Source: a virus
Lineage: Duplodnaviria > Caudoviricetes
Strand: one strand, 5' to 3'
Virus record (IMG/VR): IMGVR_UViG_3300028887_000067
Coordinates: 64,001-128,000 of that record
DNA: 64,000 nucleotides
Made by a program: the position numbers and the translations under genes. Shown piece by piece: positions 39,516-49,410 of this stretch (positions are counted from its first letter, which is position 1; each line of letters opens with the position of its first letter). The notes under the pieces were generated by a model. The model saw only the letters and a program-made list of their open reading frames with translations, made no database searches and was not told where the DNA came from.

Positions 39516-41549
39516 ATGGAATGTATAACTTCATATAACGCCGTCAACAAGCAATTTACCATTGATGTGTCTAATGAGCCGTCGAATGTTTTTAGGGCTC
39601 GGTTGTTGCTAAATTATGGCGGGATTTTGTCTTATTCCGGCTCTAACGGTAGCGGGATAGTTGCTAGTGTAACCACGCCAGGTGATAACGTCATCGGGTA
39701 TGACGATTGGAATAGCTCTTTCCGCCCGCCCCGTATAGATTCCCAGGACAGCAATTTTAATTGTGAAATCGATATCGAGCTGCATGATTCTGCGGAACAT
39801 ATAATTACTCTATCCGATGTGATAAATGATGATTCGGCTTCGATTGCCGGCGTCCTTGTTGAATATCTTCCGGACGAGAGCCGTGGATCAATTGACCGTA
39901 TTCGTGTAATAGGCAACCGGGTCATTGTCCAGACGAATGGCGTGCATCCGTTTCAGGTGGGCGAATCCGTCGAGATTAGCAATGAATCGTTGGCAAGTTC
40001 CCATCTTCTTGGCCCCAACGGACTTAGACTCTGTGGAAACTTCATAGTGCAGTCCAGAACTGACCATTCGTTCACGTATTATACCAAGCATTACATAGAC
40101 CCGACCTCCGAGGTGGTAATTTCCGATTCTGGCTGGCAATATACAAAGTGGGTTGCAGGTCACGGCGACAGCTACATTCCATCTATTCCGTCGGCTGCGA
40201 TTCCGGTGAACTGGGACCAGGGATTCGAAAATATTCCCGCGTACGACCATATGTCGAATACGTATTTAGTCGAGCCAACCCTTGACACGTATTTCACCGA
40301 AGGTGACACAGCCGTCCATATCGGTGAATCTGTTCTCAAGTGCAGCGGTGGCGCAAGCCGGTCGATGGTCTGTATGAAGTTCCCGAAGATAACGATGGAT
40401 GTAGACTACGGGCAGGCAGCTGTGCTCAAGATGTTTGCCGCTTCAATCGACACAAGTGAGGCGACCCTCACTCTTTATCAGATGGATTCGAACGGGTGGC
40501 GCGACGATATGTCCTACGAGGAGGCCTTGGCCCACGTGACCCAGGTGCCCGTTTCGTCTTGTCGAGTGGTAAACCCGGCCTTGAAGAAGGATAACCGGTC
40601 GGCCGACACGCCGAACGTAGGTAACTACGGGAACTACGCCGAGTTTCCAATTGACTCCGCCATCGTTTCTGCGTGGCTTTCCGGAAGCAATTCCTACTCC
40701 CCGTCAGTGGCTATGAAAGTTGTCGGCGAGGCGTCCTCGACCGTCGAGTTCAACTCTACCGACGCGGGCGCTTTACCCCCGTATTTCGTGATTAGCGGCG
40801 GTGAGGCCGCTATGGTCGACCCTGTACCATTCGATATTGTAATTACCAGCCCGTCGGCGGAGCCCGGACAGGTGGTCCGCATCGAGGTGAACCAGCCGGA
40901 CTGCACTTTCGGAAACAGCCTCTACGACAATGTGGTGACGTTCAACGGGGAATCTGCCATTATTATGTCGGGTTCGCCGTACTACATCGATGCGGTAGTC
41001 CCCGACACGGTGGCCGGACCCACGCAGGTTATGGTACTGCGTAAGCTCCGTACCAGGCCTGGCAATCCCGTCCAGATAACGAATCCGGCATCGGTATACG
41101 TGGTGAACGACTTGGCCAAGCGCGACGTACGACTCGCCGAGAAGAAGATTCCCGGTGAAATCATGACCAAGGTCAGTCGTTCAGCTCTGTACAACCGCGA
41201 TCTCGGTTTTAGCAACTTTACTGAAATTACCGACGAGACCAGCCTGTTGCAGAATGTCTATTCATGCCTTCTGACTAGCCGTGGAGAGCGTCTGTTTAAC
41301 CAGAATTTCGGCACACGCATTGAAGAAAAGATATTCACGCTGGGGGACGCCACCGAGGAAACTGAGCTTCTGAAGGAATGTATCCAGGCTGTCGAGACAT
41401 ACGAACCCAGGGTGACGATCGACCCCGAGCGCAGCTCCTGCAATTTCGACGAGGCCGGACAATATAATTTAATCCTTGCGGTCATATTGCCGACGGCAAG
41501 GACCGAGATGTTGAAGTTTACATTCAAGAGCCGTGGACGGTATGTCTGA
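39516..41549 (+). CDS. Baseplate wedge gp25-like domain fused to extra N-terminal beta domains
   Basis: C-terminal LLTSRGERLFNQNFG...ETYEPRV, preceded by IPT/TIG-like and DNRLRE-like segments. Confidence 0.8.
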   Translation: MECITSYNAVNKQFTIDVSNEPSNVFRARLLLNYGGILSYSGSNGSGIVASVTTPGDNVIGYDDWNSSFRPPRIDSQDSNFNCEIDIELHDSAEHIITLSDVINDDSASIAGVLVEYLPDESRGSIDRIRVIGNRVIVQTNGVHPFQVGESVEISNESLASSHLLGPNGLRLCGNFIVQSRTDHSFTYYTKHYIDPTSEVVISDSGWQYTKWVAGHGDSYIPSIPSAAIPVNWDQGFENIPAYDHMSNTYLVEPTLDTYFTEGDTAVHIGESVLKCSGGASRSMVCMKFPKITMDVDYGQAAVLKMFAASIDTSEATLTLYQMDSNGWRDDMSYEEALAHVTQVPVSSCRVVNPALKKDNRSADTPNVGNYGNYAEFPIDSAIVSAWLSGSNSYSPSVAMKVVGEASSTVEFNSTDAGALPPYFVISGGEAAMVDPVPFDIVITSPSAEPGQVVRIEVNQPDCTFGNSLYDNVVTFNGESAIIMSGSPYYIDAVVPDTVAGPTQVMVLRKLRTRPGNPVQITNPASVYVVNDLAKRDVRLAEKKIPGEIMTKVSRSALYNRDLGFSNFTEITDETSLLQNVYSCLLTSRGERLFNQNFGTRIEEKIFTLGDATEETELLKECIQAVETYEPRVTIDPERSSCNFDEAGQYNLILAVILPTARTEMLKFTFKSRGRYV

Positions 41550-42454
41550 TGTTGATACAGCAAATTGCCGACAAGCAGCTGGTCTATGTACGCGATTACA
41601 AGACCGAATACAAGGATGTCGCCGAAGAGTTCGGAATGCTTGACGAAACGGGTGCCTTTAATAAATACGTAAGAATATCTGAAGAAAATTATATCAACAA
41701 GAACGGCATCGCCATGCCGGCTTTCCACATCGTCGGAAAGACGGTGAACGTGTACGTCGTGAACGACCGCGTAGAGGCCGAGTCCAACGATGCGGAGGGC
41801 ATCGCCAAGGCGCTCAACTACTTCCCGCCCGATTCCCGGTTCAACGTGGGCGACCACGTTTTCGTGTCGAAATTCTCGACCAAGACGGGAATCCTGAAGG
41901 ATTCCGTCCAGAGGGGAATATCGGTGAAAAGCGGGTACAAGAAGGACTTGTCCAAGATTTACGACTTGATGATGCACCTTGACCTGAACAATGGGAAACT
42001 GTTCGAGCCGGTCATAGCTAGGTACGTCTATACGGACAGGGAAATGCCCTCCAGGATGCGACTGGTCGGCTATTTCGACCTGGAGAAATACCTTAGGGTA
42101 CTGAGAGACCCGAAGGCTGACTATTTCCATCATCAAAGCGGCGATTTGTTGGCTTATTTCGAGATGGGCGACAAGAAGTTCGCCGCGACTGTCGTCAAGG
42201 TGGCCAGGGAATGTTGCATTCTCGAGATATCCGGGCCCAAGGGAATATACGATCTTGACAAGATGAAGGAGTTCCACCCGCTGGTCGTTTTGAGCAAATC
42301 CCCGCTGAAAATCAAGGAGGCCCGTTTTCCGTGGTTTAAGGTCAAATTTGACCATACTGACGTTTTTATGACCCCCCTGATGTCCAAGATGGACGCTTGG
42401 AAAAGCCTGCAGGGGGCACTCGATTTGCTGTCTTTGCCGGAGAAAAAGAAATGA
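41549..42454 (+). CDS. Hypothetical protein
   Basis: 301 aa; TGATG coupling to the gp25 fusion. Confidence 0.7.
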   Translation: MLIQQIADKQLVYVRDYKTEYKDVAEEFGMLDETGAFNKYVRISEENYINKNGIAMPAFHIVGKTVNVYVVNDRVEAESNDAEGIAKALNYFPPDSRFNVGDHVFVSKFSTKTGILKDSVQRGISVKSGYKKDLSKIYDLMMHLDLNNGKLFEPVIARYVYTDREMPSRMRLVGYFDLEKYLRVLRDPKADYFHHQSGDLLAYFEMGDKKFAATVVKVARECCILEISGPKGIYDLDKMKEFHPLVVLSKSPLKIKEARFPWFKVKFDHTDVFMTPLMSKMDAWKSLQGALDLLSLPEKKK

Positions 42455-42496
42455 TCGAGTGATAAACGTGTCTTTGCAGAGCCACCCCTTCCCCGT

Positions 42497-42525
42497 TTGT
42501 AATTCAAATTCCCTTTTGCTACCTT
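42497..42525 (+). promoter_or_regulatory. Replication-class promoter of uvsX
   Basis: TTGTAA-TTCAAATTCCCTTTTGC(17)-TACCTT. Confidence 0.75.
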
Positions 42526-42577
42526 CCTCGTTGTAATTTTTTTTAAACCCCAAAACCCATATAAAGGACTAATCCCT

Positions 42578-43879
42578 ATGGCAACAGCAAAGAAAACCGG
42601 AAAGGCAACCGTCGCTGACGACGGATTCGCATTCTTCCAAAACATCAAGGTCAACGACCGTTACGCGGACAAGTTGATCCGACACCCGAATTTCGGATTT
42701 TGCGACTCGGGTTCCTACGCCTTCAATGCCCTCCTGTCGGGCGACATTTTTGGCGGATTCCCCCTTAACAGATTCATCATGGTGGCCGGTAAGCAACAGT
42801 CCGGTAAGTCCTTCATCGCGAAGAACAATTTCGCCTATGGACTGATGAAGAAAGGCTACTACATTTTCTGGTACGACACCGAAGGTGAAACGACAGAAGA
42901 GGATTTGGAAGAACAGAACGGCTTCGTTCCGGGTCAGTACCGCTTGATCAAGGAAATCACGACGGTCGAAGACTACTTCATCTCGGTTAACGGCATCATC
43001 AACAAGCTCGAAGTAGACCGAGGCGACAGCATCGAGCTCAAGAGAAAGTGCGCCATCGTGCTTGACTCTCAGGGTGAGCTTTCTACCGAGAAGGCGATCA
43101 ACGACGCTACCAAGGGCGAAATCAAGTCCGACATGACCAAGGCCAAGATTCTGGCCGGTATGTACCGCTCTATTACGAACCGTTGTGCCAACCTCGGCAT
43201 ACCGATGTTCATCACCAACCATATCTACATGGACTCCAGTGGCGCCATGTTCGGTAATCCCGAAAAGATTGCCGGTGGTGAAGGCGCTCAGTTCTCCGCC
43301 TCTATCATTCTCAGCCTCTACAAGACCTATGAGAAGCCGTCTAAGGATGGCGATATCACCGGTGTCGTGCTTAATGCCACGATTACCAAGAGCCGTCTCG
43401 TGAAGGCCAAGCTCAAGGCGCCGATTTACGTTGACTACAACCACGGAATCGACCGCTACTATGGTCTCCAACGAATTGCAGAGAACGCCGGTCTGGTCGA
43501 AGAATGGAGCAAGGAAAAGTACGGCAACCTCGAAAAGCCGATTGACGAGGATACCGGCAAGAAGACCCTGAAGACCTGCTATGTCATCAAGGACCCGAAC
43601 AAGGAACCCGATCAGTGGATCGTATGTACCATGAAGGGTCTTATGAAGAAAACGGGACTGGGTACCATTCTTGAACCTTTGAACGAGTACGTTAAGAGCG
43701 AGTACAAGTTCCGCCCGCCGAAAATACGTCGTGACGACGAAGACCTCGACCTCGACGAAGAGCAGGTTAAGGTCGCCACAAAGAAGGCTGAACATAACAT
43801 CAAGGCCGAAGCCAAGTACATGGCGGAGACCGCGAAGAAGATGTTGCAGCCCGATGAATCGGTTGACGCAGCTGAGTAA
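42578..43879 (+). CDS. uvsX: UvsX / RecA-like recombinase
   Basis: DSGSYAFNALLSG, AGKQQSGKS, YDTE, VLDS, TNH, GGEG and KSR motifs. Confidence 0.92.
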   Translation: MATAKKTGKATVADDGFAFFQNIKVNDRYADKLIRHPNFGFCDSGSYAFNALLSGDIFGGFPLNRFIMVAGKQQSGKSFIAKNNFAYGLMKKGYYIFWYDTEGETTEEDLEEQNGFVPGQYRLIKEITTVEDYFISVNGIINKLEVDRGDSIELKRKCAIVLDSQGELSTEKAINDATKGEIKSDMTKAKILAGMYRSITNRCANLGIPMFITNHIYMDSSGAMFGNPEKIAGGEGAQFSASIILSLYKTYEKPSKDGDITGVVLNATITKSRLVKAKLKAPIYVDYNHGIDRYYGLQRIAENAGLVEEWSKEKYGNLEKPIDEDTGKKTLKTCYVIKDPNKEPDQWIVCTMKGLMKKTGLGTILEPLNEYVKSEYKFRPPKIRRDDEDLDLDEEQVKVATKKAEHNIKAEAKYMAETAKKMLQPDESVDAAE

Positions 43880-43885
43880 TCATAT

Positions 43886-43914
43886 GGGGTGTCACTTGGG
43901 TGACACCCCTCTTT
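43886..43914 (+). terminator. Hairpin / weak terminator between uvsX and the helicase
   Basis: GGGGTGTCAC-TTGG-GTGACACCCC-TCTTT. Confidence 0.6.
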
Positions 43915-43929
43915 CCCCATTTAATCCAT

Positions 43930-45447
43930 ATGCAGCAAGTTTACGACTTAACAAGAGAAGATATCGTTCTTCGCACGTTTTTCAGCGACAAGCAGTTGTC
44001 CCAGAGGATGATGCCGTTCCTCGACCCGACTCTGTACGAGGACAAGACTAATCAGAAGCTTGCCGAAATCGTTAACAAGTTTGTGCGAAAGTATCATCGC
44101 CCGCCTGAGGCGCAGGAAATCGTCGTTGGCCTTGAAAATGCCGAAACGTATGGAGAAGTTCGTAAACACATCATTAACATCTATAACGCGAACGTGACCA
44201 CCCTGAGGCCGAACATGCTTGTCGAGCTGCTCGAAAAGTTTTATCAGGAAAAGGCCGTATATAACTTGCTGCGACAGTCTGCTGTGTCCATATACGAAAA
44301 CAACGTGGACGCAGTCCGGGAACTAATTCCCCAGATAAAGAACAAAATCAACTTTTCCCTGCATATGTCGCTCGGTCTCGACCTTATCGAGGATATCGAC
44401 GAGGCGAAACGCAGGCTCAAGGAAATTTCGCATCCTATCCCGTCCGGAATCACCGATGTCAACGTGTGGACCGCGCAGAGGAAGGACGACCCGTCGACAG
44501 GCGGATATCCCAGAAAAACGCTGTGCCTGTATGTAGGCCAGCCCAACGTCGGTAAGACGCTCGTTTTGTGTTCCGAGGCGTGCTATGCTGTACGCGCCGG
44601 CTACAACGTTATGTACATCTCGCTCGAGCTTTCCGAGGAATACCTGTGGCGACGTATGGCGGCGAACCTTACTGGCATCGACCAGTACCAGGTCACGGAG
44701 CTCTCTACCGAGGAATGCAAGCAACGCATCGAGAATGCAAGGCTTGCCTCCGCCGAGAAGATGGGCTGCCTGAAGATCAAGCGCATGAAGACAACCACCA
44801 CGCCGTACGAAATCGAGGCTGTCCTCGACGAGTACGAATCCGTTGTCGGCGCCCCGGTGGATATGCTTGTCATCGACTATATCGGCATTATGCGACCGAA
44901 TCAGCGTGCTGGTATGCTCGAGAATATGTACAAGGATGGTCAGGCCAAGGCTGAACAGATCAGAGAGATTTGCAACGAGAGGAACATTGTCGGACTCTCC
45001 GCCATCCAGTTCGGCCGCTCCGGTTATTCTTCGCTTGACGCCGGTCTTGAATCCGTGCGCGAGTCGTCCGGCTATAACGAGACCGCTGACTTGATGATTA
45101 CTATCACGATTGACTCGATTCTCAAGGGTCTGGATATGTACTATCACGTTATCAAGAAGAACCGCTTCGGCGAGAACGAGGTACCGTTCTACACAAAACG
45201 AAACTACGGCACCATGCTGTGGTATCCGGCTACCCAGGAGGATGTCGAGGAGGAGCACCGTCGTCGCGAGGAATTTGACGTGGTCACTTCGGCCACCTCC
45301 AATATGTTCGGTTCCTCGGTCAACACGGGGTTCGGTAGAACACAGAGGAGTCGTCCCGCCCCTCCGAAGAAGTCCCATCCGCCGATGACCGCCGCCGAAC
45401 AGAAGGAAGCGCTCGGGGCGCTTGACGACATGAGTGCGCTGGTGTGA
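43930..45447 (+). CDS. DnaB/gp41-like replicative helicase
   Basis: GQPNVGKT, YISLELSE, VIDYIGIM, SAIQ and KNRFG motifs. ATG 43930 preferred to GTG 43900, which lies inside the hairpin. Confidence 0.92.
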   Translation: MQQVYDLTREDIVLRTFFSDKQLSQRMMPFLDPTLYEDKTNQKLAEIVNKFVRKYHRPPEAQEIVVGLENAETYGEVRKHIINIYNANVTTLRPNMLVELLEKFYQEKAVYNLLRQSAVSIYENNVDAVRELIPQIKNKINFSLHMSLGLDLIEDIDEAKRRLKEISHPIPSGITDVNVWTAQRKDDPSTGGYPRKTLCLYVGQPNVGKTLVLCSEACYAVRAGYNVMYISLELSEEYLWRRMAANLTGIDQYQVTELSTEECKQRIENARLASAEKMGCLKIKRMKTTTTPYEIEAVLDEYESVVGAPVDMLVIDYIGIMRPNQRAGMLENMYKDGQAKAEQIREICNERNIVGLSAIQFGRSGYSSLDAGLESVRESSGYNETADLMITITIDSILKGLDMYYHVIKKNRFGENEVPFYTKRNYGTMLWYPATQEDVEEEHRRREEFDVVTSATSNMFGSSVNTGFGRTQRSRPAPPKKSHPPMTAAEQKEALGALDDMSALV

Positions 45448-45488
45448 TATGATATAATTTAAGTGGTAAGCTGTAACTGGATGACCAA

Positions 45489-46055
45489 ATGGATTTATCG
45501 GTTTACACCCATGCCACGGAGACGAACGATCGGATTCCCGTATCAAACGAGAACCTTGACGAGCTCGTATTGACTAATGCGAAGAACTCTTCAATCCTGT
45601 CGTTATTGGAAAAGTATCTCCAGACGCCGAGATATGAAGGCGACGCCTGTATCGTGCTGTCGATGCCGGACGCTGTGCTGAAGAAGTATAGGGAAAAGCT
45701 CAATTCGGCTCTCTGGTGGCTATACAAGCGATATTGCAAGAAGGATTTCGGCATGATGGAGCTGCTTGTCGCAGTAGAGACTATGGTGGACGCCAGCAAG
45801 CTCACGGCTATGCTTGACAACGATATCAAACTGCTAGTGGCTAAGGAGAAGGGCATAACAATCTCCATCGACGAACTAGAAGTCGCCGCCAAGATGGCGG
45901 GAAGCAAGAAGCAACAGAAGGAAGACGCTGCTCCCGTTGAAGATGCGGAGCCGTCTATCGAAATGGACCCAGATCCTGACAAGTTGCTTGAGGATGACCC
46001 CGACGAGGAAGCCGAGATTTTAGGCGGCCTTGGCGTAATGGACGAGGAAGAATAA
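45489..46055 (+). CDS. Hypothetical protein, possibly a gp33-like late-transcription coactivator
   Basis: Helical MELLVAVE...SKLTAMLDNDIKLLVAKE weakly recalls gp33; acidic tail. Confidence 0.3.
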   Translation: MDLSVYTHATETNDRIPVSNENLDELVLTNAKNSSILSLLEKYLQTPRYEGDACIVLSMPDAVLKKYREKLNSALWWLYKRYCKKDFGMMELLVAVETMVDASKLTAMLDNDIKLLVAKEKGITISIDELEVAAKMAGSKKQQKEDAAPVEDAEPSIEMDPDPDKLLEDDPDEEAEILGGLGVMDEEE

Positions 46056-46957
46056 TGTCTAGATTCAATGTGAAGAAAAGCGTGAACGCCATTGTCGAGC
46101 GACACGAAAAGGATGTTGCCGAATACACCGAAAAGGTGAAAGAGGAAAACCAGAATCTCACTAACGCTATCGTGAATATGGGTAGCGCGAAGGTTGGCGG
46201 TGCCGGAACAGGTGTGCTTGTCGAGACGCCCGCCTACAAGAAGTGGCTCACTAATATCCAGTCGAATAACCCGTTCATCGGAAAGTCCTACATGCAGAAG
46301 GCGACCGAATACGAACGCGACGACGAGGATGCAAAGGGTCAGTCCGAGATGACCGACGAGGAAGCCGCAAAGATAATGTTCAAGGACGAAAACGGCAAGC
46401 TGCATATTCGTGACGACTACGACCCGAACTGCATTGACGAAGAAGTCGAGAACGAGAAGTTGACAGGCGACGCGTCGAAGTTCGCCGACCTGTGCGAGAT
46501 TCGCAAGATTGTCGCCCCGAGATTGACTTGGGACTTTGACAGCCTTCTTGCCGAAGTGGAGGCGAAGCTCGAGGAACTGCATGCGGACGAGGACGACTAT
46601 GTTCTTCCGGAAAACCTCGGCGAACAGCTGCAGGCCGCGATTGACCATGCCAAGAACATCGAGGCACTTACCTGGAAGGCCGAAGGCGCCAAAAAGGAAG
46701 AGGAACCTCAAAAGGACGTGACCTCGGTCACGAAAGATGTGAATTACGTGAGCGCCGACAGGTTTGCTGATTACCTGATAGAGCTGTCCTACTGCAAGAA
46801 GAAGGATATTGCCGATATCGATAAGCTGGTTGACGCCACGATAGAGCAGGCACGCCGCGACTGGCCCGAATATGTTGCCGCCGACGAAGGCGAGATTAAC
46901 GACGAGATAGTCGAGGCCGGCCGACAGAAGCTCAAAGAATATTTGGCAAATGTATAA
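46055..46957 (+). CDS. Acidic hypothetical protein
   Basis: 300 aa; TAATG coupling. Confidence 0.75.
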   Translation: MSRFNVKKSVNAIVERHEKDVAEYTEKVKEENQNLTNAIVNMGSAKVGGAGTGVLVETPAYKKWLTNIQSNNPFIGKSYMQKATEYERDDEDAKGQSEMTDEEAAKIMFKDENGKLHIRDDYDPNCIDEEVENEKLTGDASKFADLCEIRKIVAPRLTWDFDSLLAEVEAKLEELHADEDDYVLPENLGEQLQAAIDHAKNIEALTWKAEGAKKEEEPQKDVTSVTKDVNYVSADRFADYLIELSYCKKKDIADIDKLVDATIEQARRDWPEYVAADEGEINDEIVEAGRQKLKEYLANV

Positions 46958-46998
46958 ACTCCGTTCGGATGGCTAGAAAAAGGGTGGTTTGTAATTGT

Positions 46999-47027
46999 TT
47001 GCAATTCAAATTTCCTTTTTCTACAAT
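46999..47027 (+). promoter_or_regulatory. Replication-class promoter of the ssb gene
   Basis: TTGCAA-TTCAAATTTCCTTTTTC(17)-TACAAT. Confidence 0.8.
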
Positions 47028-47081
47028 ATCCAATAATCAGTTAAACCCGAAACCCTAAACCCTTAGAAAGGAATAATCCCT

Positions 47082-48191
47082 ATGGCAACTGATGATATCT
47101 CCCTTGACCTCCTTACCATTGATGGGGTCTCCAACCTGGCCCAGGCAACTGGCGACAACCGTGAAAGCGATCCGCGTCTGTGGAAGCCTCGCGTTAGCGC
47201 GAAGAATCCGACTTACGACGCAATCGTCCGCCTGCTTCCGCAGGGCGTTGAAGGTCTGAAGAACAAGACCTATCCCGGCGTGAAGGTAATCTACCACCAC
47301 TTAAGATCTGGACAAATGCACCGTGAAGTGAAATGCTGCAAGAGCATTCCCGGTCAGACCCATTGCCCTATCTGCGATGCGATCTGGAACCGTTACGACG
47401 AATTTGTCAAGCTCTACGGCAAGGATGATGCCCGTACGAAGGCTGTCGTGTCCATGGGTGCCCGCCCCGAATGGTTCACCAACGTCCTCGTGCGTCAGGA
47501 CGACAATGTCCCCGACAACAACGGCAAGGTGAAGGTGTGGCGTCATACCGATGCTATCGACCGCGAACTCCGTGCACCGTTCGATGACAGTGCCAACACT
47601 GAATCGAAGGGCAACGACCAGACCGTCCGTCCGGGCAGTCTGCGTGACCGCAAGAACAAGGAAAAACGACGTTTCTTCCCGCACTCCCCGACTACCGGTG
47701 TCGACTACGAAGTCACCGTCAGCTGGGATCCGGCCAAGAAGATGACGACGTACGATGGTTCTTGCTACGCAACGGAAGCCACTCCGCTGGCCGACACCAA
47801 GGACGAGATGTTGGACATCTTGAACAAGTGTTACGACCTCACTGACTTCCTCAAGGACGTTCCGTCCGAAGCCGAAGCCGCTAAGATCTACGCTGACTTC
47901 ATGAACGAAGTGTCCCGTCGCAATGAAAACGCCGCGTTCAACAAGGCCGGCTTTGCTCCCGAGGCTAATCCCAACTATGCCCAGGGCGCACAGGTCAGCA
48001 CCGTGAATGCCACCGAATTCCTTGGCTCCCAGAAGCCGGCTACCGAAGCCGCTTCCCAGCCTAGCGACGATGACCTCGTGAACCTCGCCGCTTCCAACAA
48101 GGTCGCCGCTTCCAAGGCAGCGCCCGTTCAGGAAGCAGCTCCTGCCGACCTTCCGGCGGTAGGTGGCGAAGACGACGACTTGCCGTTCTAA
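47082..48191 (+). CDS. gp32-like single-stranded DNA-binding protein
   Basis: DPRLWKP, AIVRLLP, H...C...CPIC zinc site, NNGKVKVW, TYDGS; ends DDDLPF. Confidence 0.9.
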   Translation: MATDDISLDLLTIDGVSNLAQATGDNRESDPRLWKPRVSAKNPTYDAIVRLLPQGVEGLKNKTYPGVKVIYHHLRSGQMHREVKCCKSIPGQTHCPICDAIWNRYDEFVKLYGKDDARTKAVVSMGARPEWFTNVLVRQDDNVPDNNGKVKVWRHTDAIDRELRAPFDDSANTESKGNDQTVRPGSLRDRKNKEKRRFFPHSPTTGVDYEVTVSWDPAKKMTTYDGSCYATEATPLADTKDEMLDILNKCYDLTDFLKDVPSEAEAAKIYADFMNEVSRRNENAAFNKAGFAPEANPNYAQGAQVSTVNATEFLGSQKPATEAASQPSDDDLVNLAASNKVAASKAAPVQEAAPADLPAVGGEDDDLPF

Positions 48192-48215
48192 GTCTAATCA
48201 TCGAAATCCTGGTTC

Positions 48216-48251
48216 AGAATGGCGGCCATCTCACGGTGGCTGCCATTTTCT
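48216..48251 (+). terminator. Terminator after ssb
   Basis: AATGGCGGCCATC-TCAC-GGTGGCTGCCATT-TTCT. Confidence 0.75.
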
Positions 48252-48264
48252 CTGAGGTACACAG

Positions 48265-49410
48265 ATGTCCTTTTCTTATGAAAACATACCGTATGGAGCT
48301 CTGGATGAGGCTGTTCAGGAGCAATTTAGCCAGTATGCGATGAAGGAAAAGTCGTCCGAATACAACTTCGTGTGTCCTTTCTGCGGCGACCTAAACAGAC
48401 CTAACAAGAAGAAGGCTTACATATACAAGGACACTTGGCGTTTTAAGTGCTATCGGTGCGGCTATTCCAAGCACGTGATGCAGTATTTCAAGGAAAATGA
48501 TGATGCTACGTATTCGCGCCTGTTATTCATGGGATTCGATAATAATCGCGACCGCTCCGATAAAGATAACAACGATAAGGCCAAACCGAACATAATCCTC
48601 CCGTTTGAGGATGGTGAACTTGTGTCAATTCTTGACAATGTTCCTCTGGCGAGTGATGCAATCGCGCTTTGCAAGAAACGACTGATTCGTCCGGAGGTGT
48701 ACGAACACTGGTTTGTCTGTCTTGAAGGTGAACAGTTCCTGAAGCGTGACTCGGGAGGGGCATATATCTATGACGAGAACGGCCGCCCACTTGGAAATAA
48801 ATACAAGAACAGGATAATCATTCCGTTTTATAAATTTGGTGGGATGTGGAACCAATTCGACGCCCGTGCTATCGATCCTCAGAATCCGAATCGCTATATG
48901 AACTTCGAGGGTGTCAAGCGCGAGGCATACAATATCGACTTTGTCGATTTCACAAAGCCGTTCTACATTCTTGAAGGAACCGTTGACTCTACGTTTGTAA
49001 AGAACTCGATCGCCATAGGTGGAGTCAACCATCTCCAGGAAGTGCTCGCCGATAATCCAGATATCGAGCGAAATAAAGAAAATTGTACCATCATCTGGGA
49101 TAACGACGACCCCGGACGTAGTGCCCGCGTCGATACAGTTAGGAAAGGTTTCCGGTGGTTCGACTGGTCAGAAATCAAGAGCAAGGACATAAATGCCGCC
49201 GTGATGAATGGCGAGATGCCATTGGTCTCGTCTGGCTACGTAAATCCCGACTTCATTGAGGCTCGTTCGTGTAAGCCTGAAGGCGCCGAAATATTGTTCT
49301 CGTTGACCTATGGTGACATTAAGAAACGTGAACGCTCGGCACGGAAGGCTAATCAGGAGTTACTCCGCGCAAAGTTCTCCGCCAAGCGCAACCTAGGGAT
49401 ATATTTCTGA
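48265..49410 (+). CDS. gp61-like DNA primase
   Basis: CPFCGD...CYRC zinc finger, RIIIPF, LEGTVDS, WDND, KDIN. Confidence 0.92.
   Translation: MSFSYENIPYGALDEAVQEQFSQYAMKEKSSEYNFVCPFCGDLNRPNKKKAYIYKDTWRFKCYRCGYSKHVMQYFKENDDATYSRLLFMGFDNNRDRSDKDNNDKAKPNIILPFEDGELVSILDNVPLASDAIALCKKRLIRPEVYEHWFVCLEGEQFLKRDSGGAYIYDENGRPLGNKYKNRIIIPFYKFGGMWNQFDARAIDPQNPNRYMNFEGVKREAYNIDFVDFTKPFYILEGTVDSTFVKNSIAIGGVNHLQEVLADNPDIERNKENCTIIWDNDDPGRSARVDTVRKGFRWFDWSEIKSKDINAAVMNGEMPLVSSGYVNPDFIEARSCKPEGAEILFSLTYGDIKKRERSARKANQELLRAKFSAKRNLGIYF

Noticed and set aside
46953-46960. TATAAACT upstream of gp32 as a late promoter
   Set aside because: It overlaps the TAA stop of 46055-46957 and is about 120 nt from the start. 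Plausible, since T4 gene 32 has late promoters, but unsupported.
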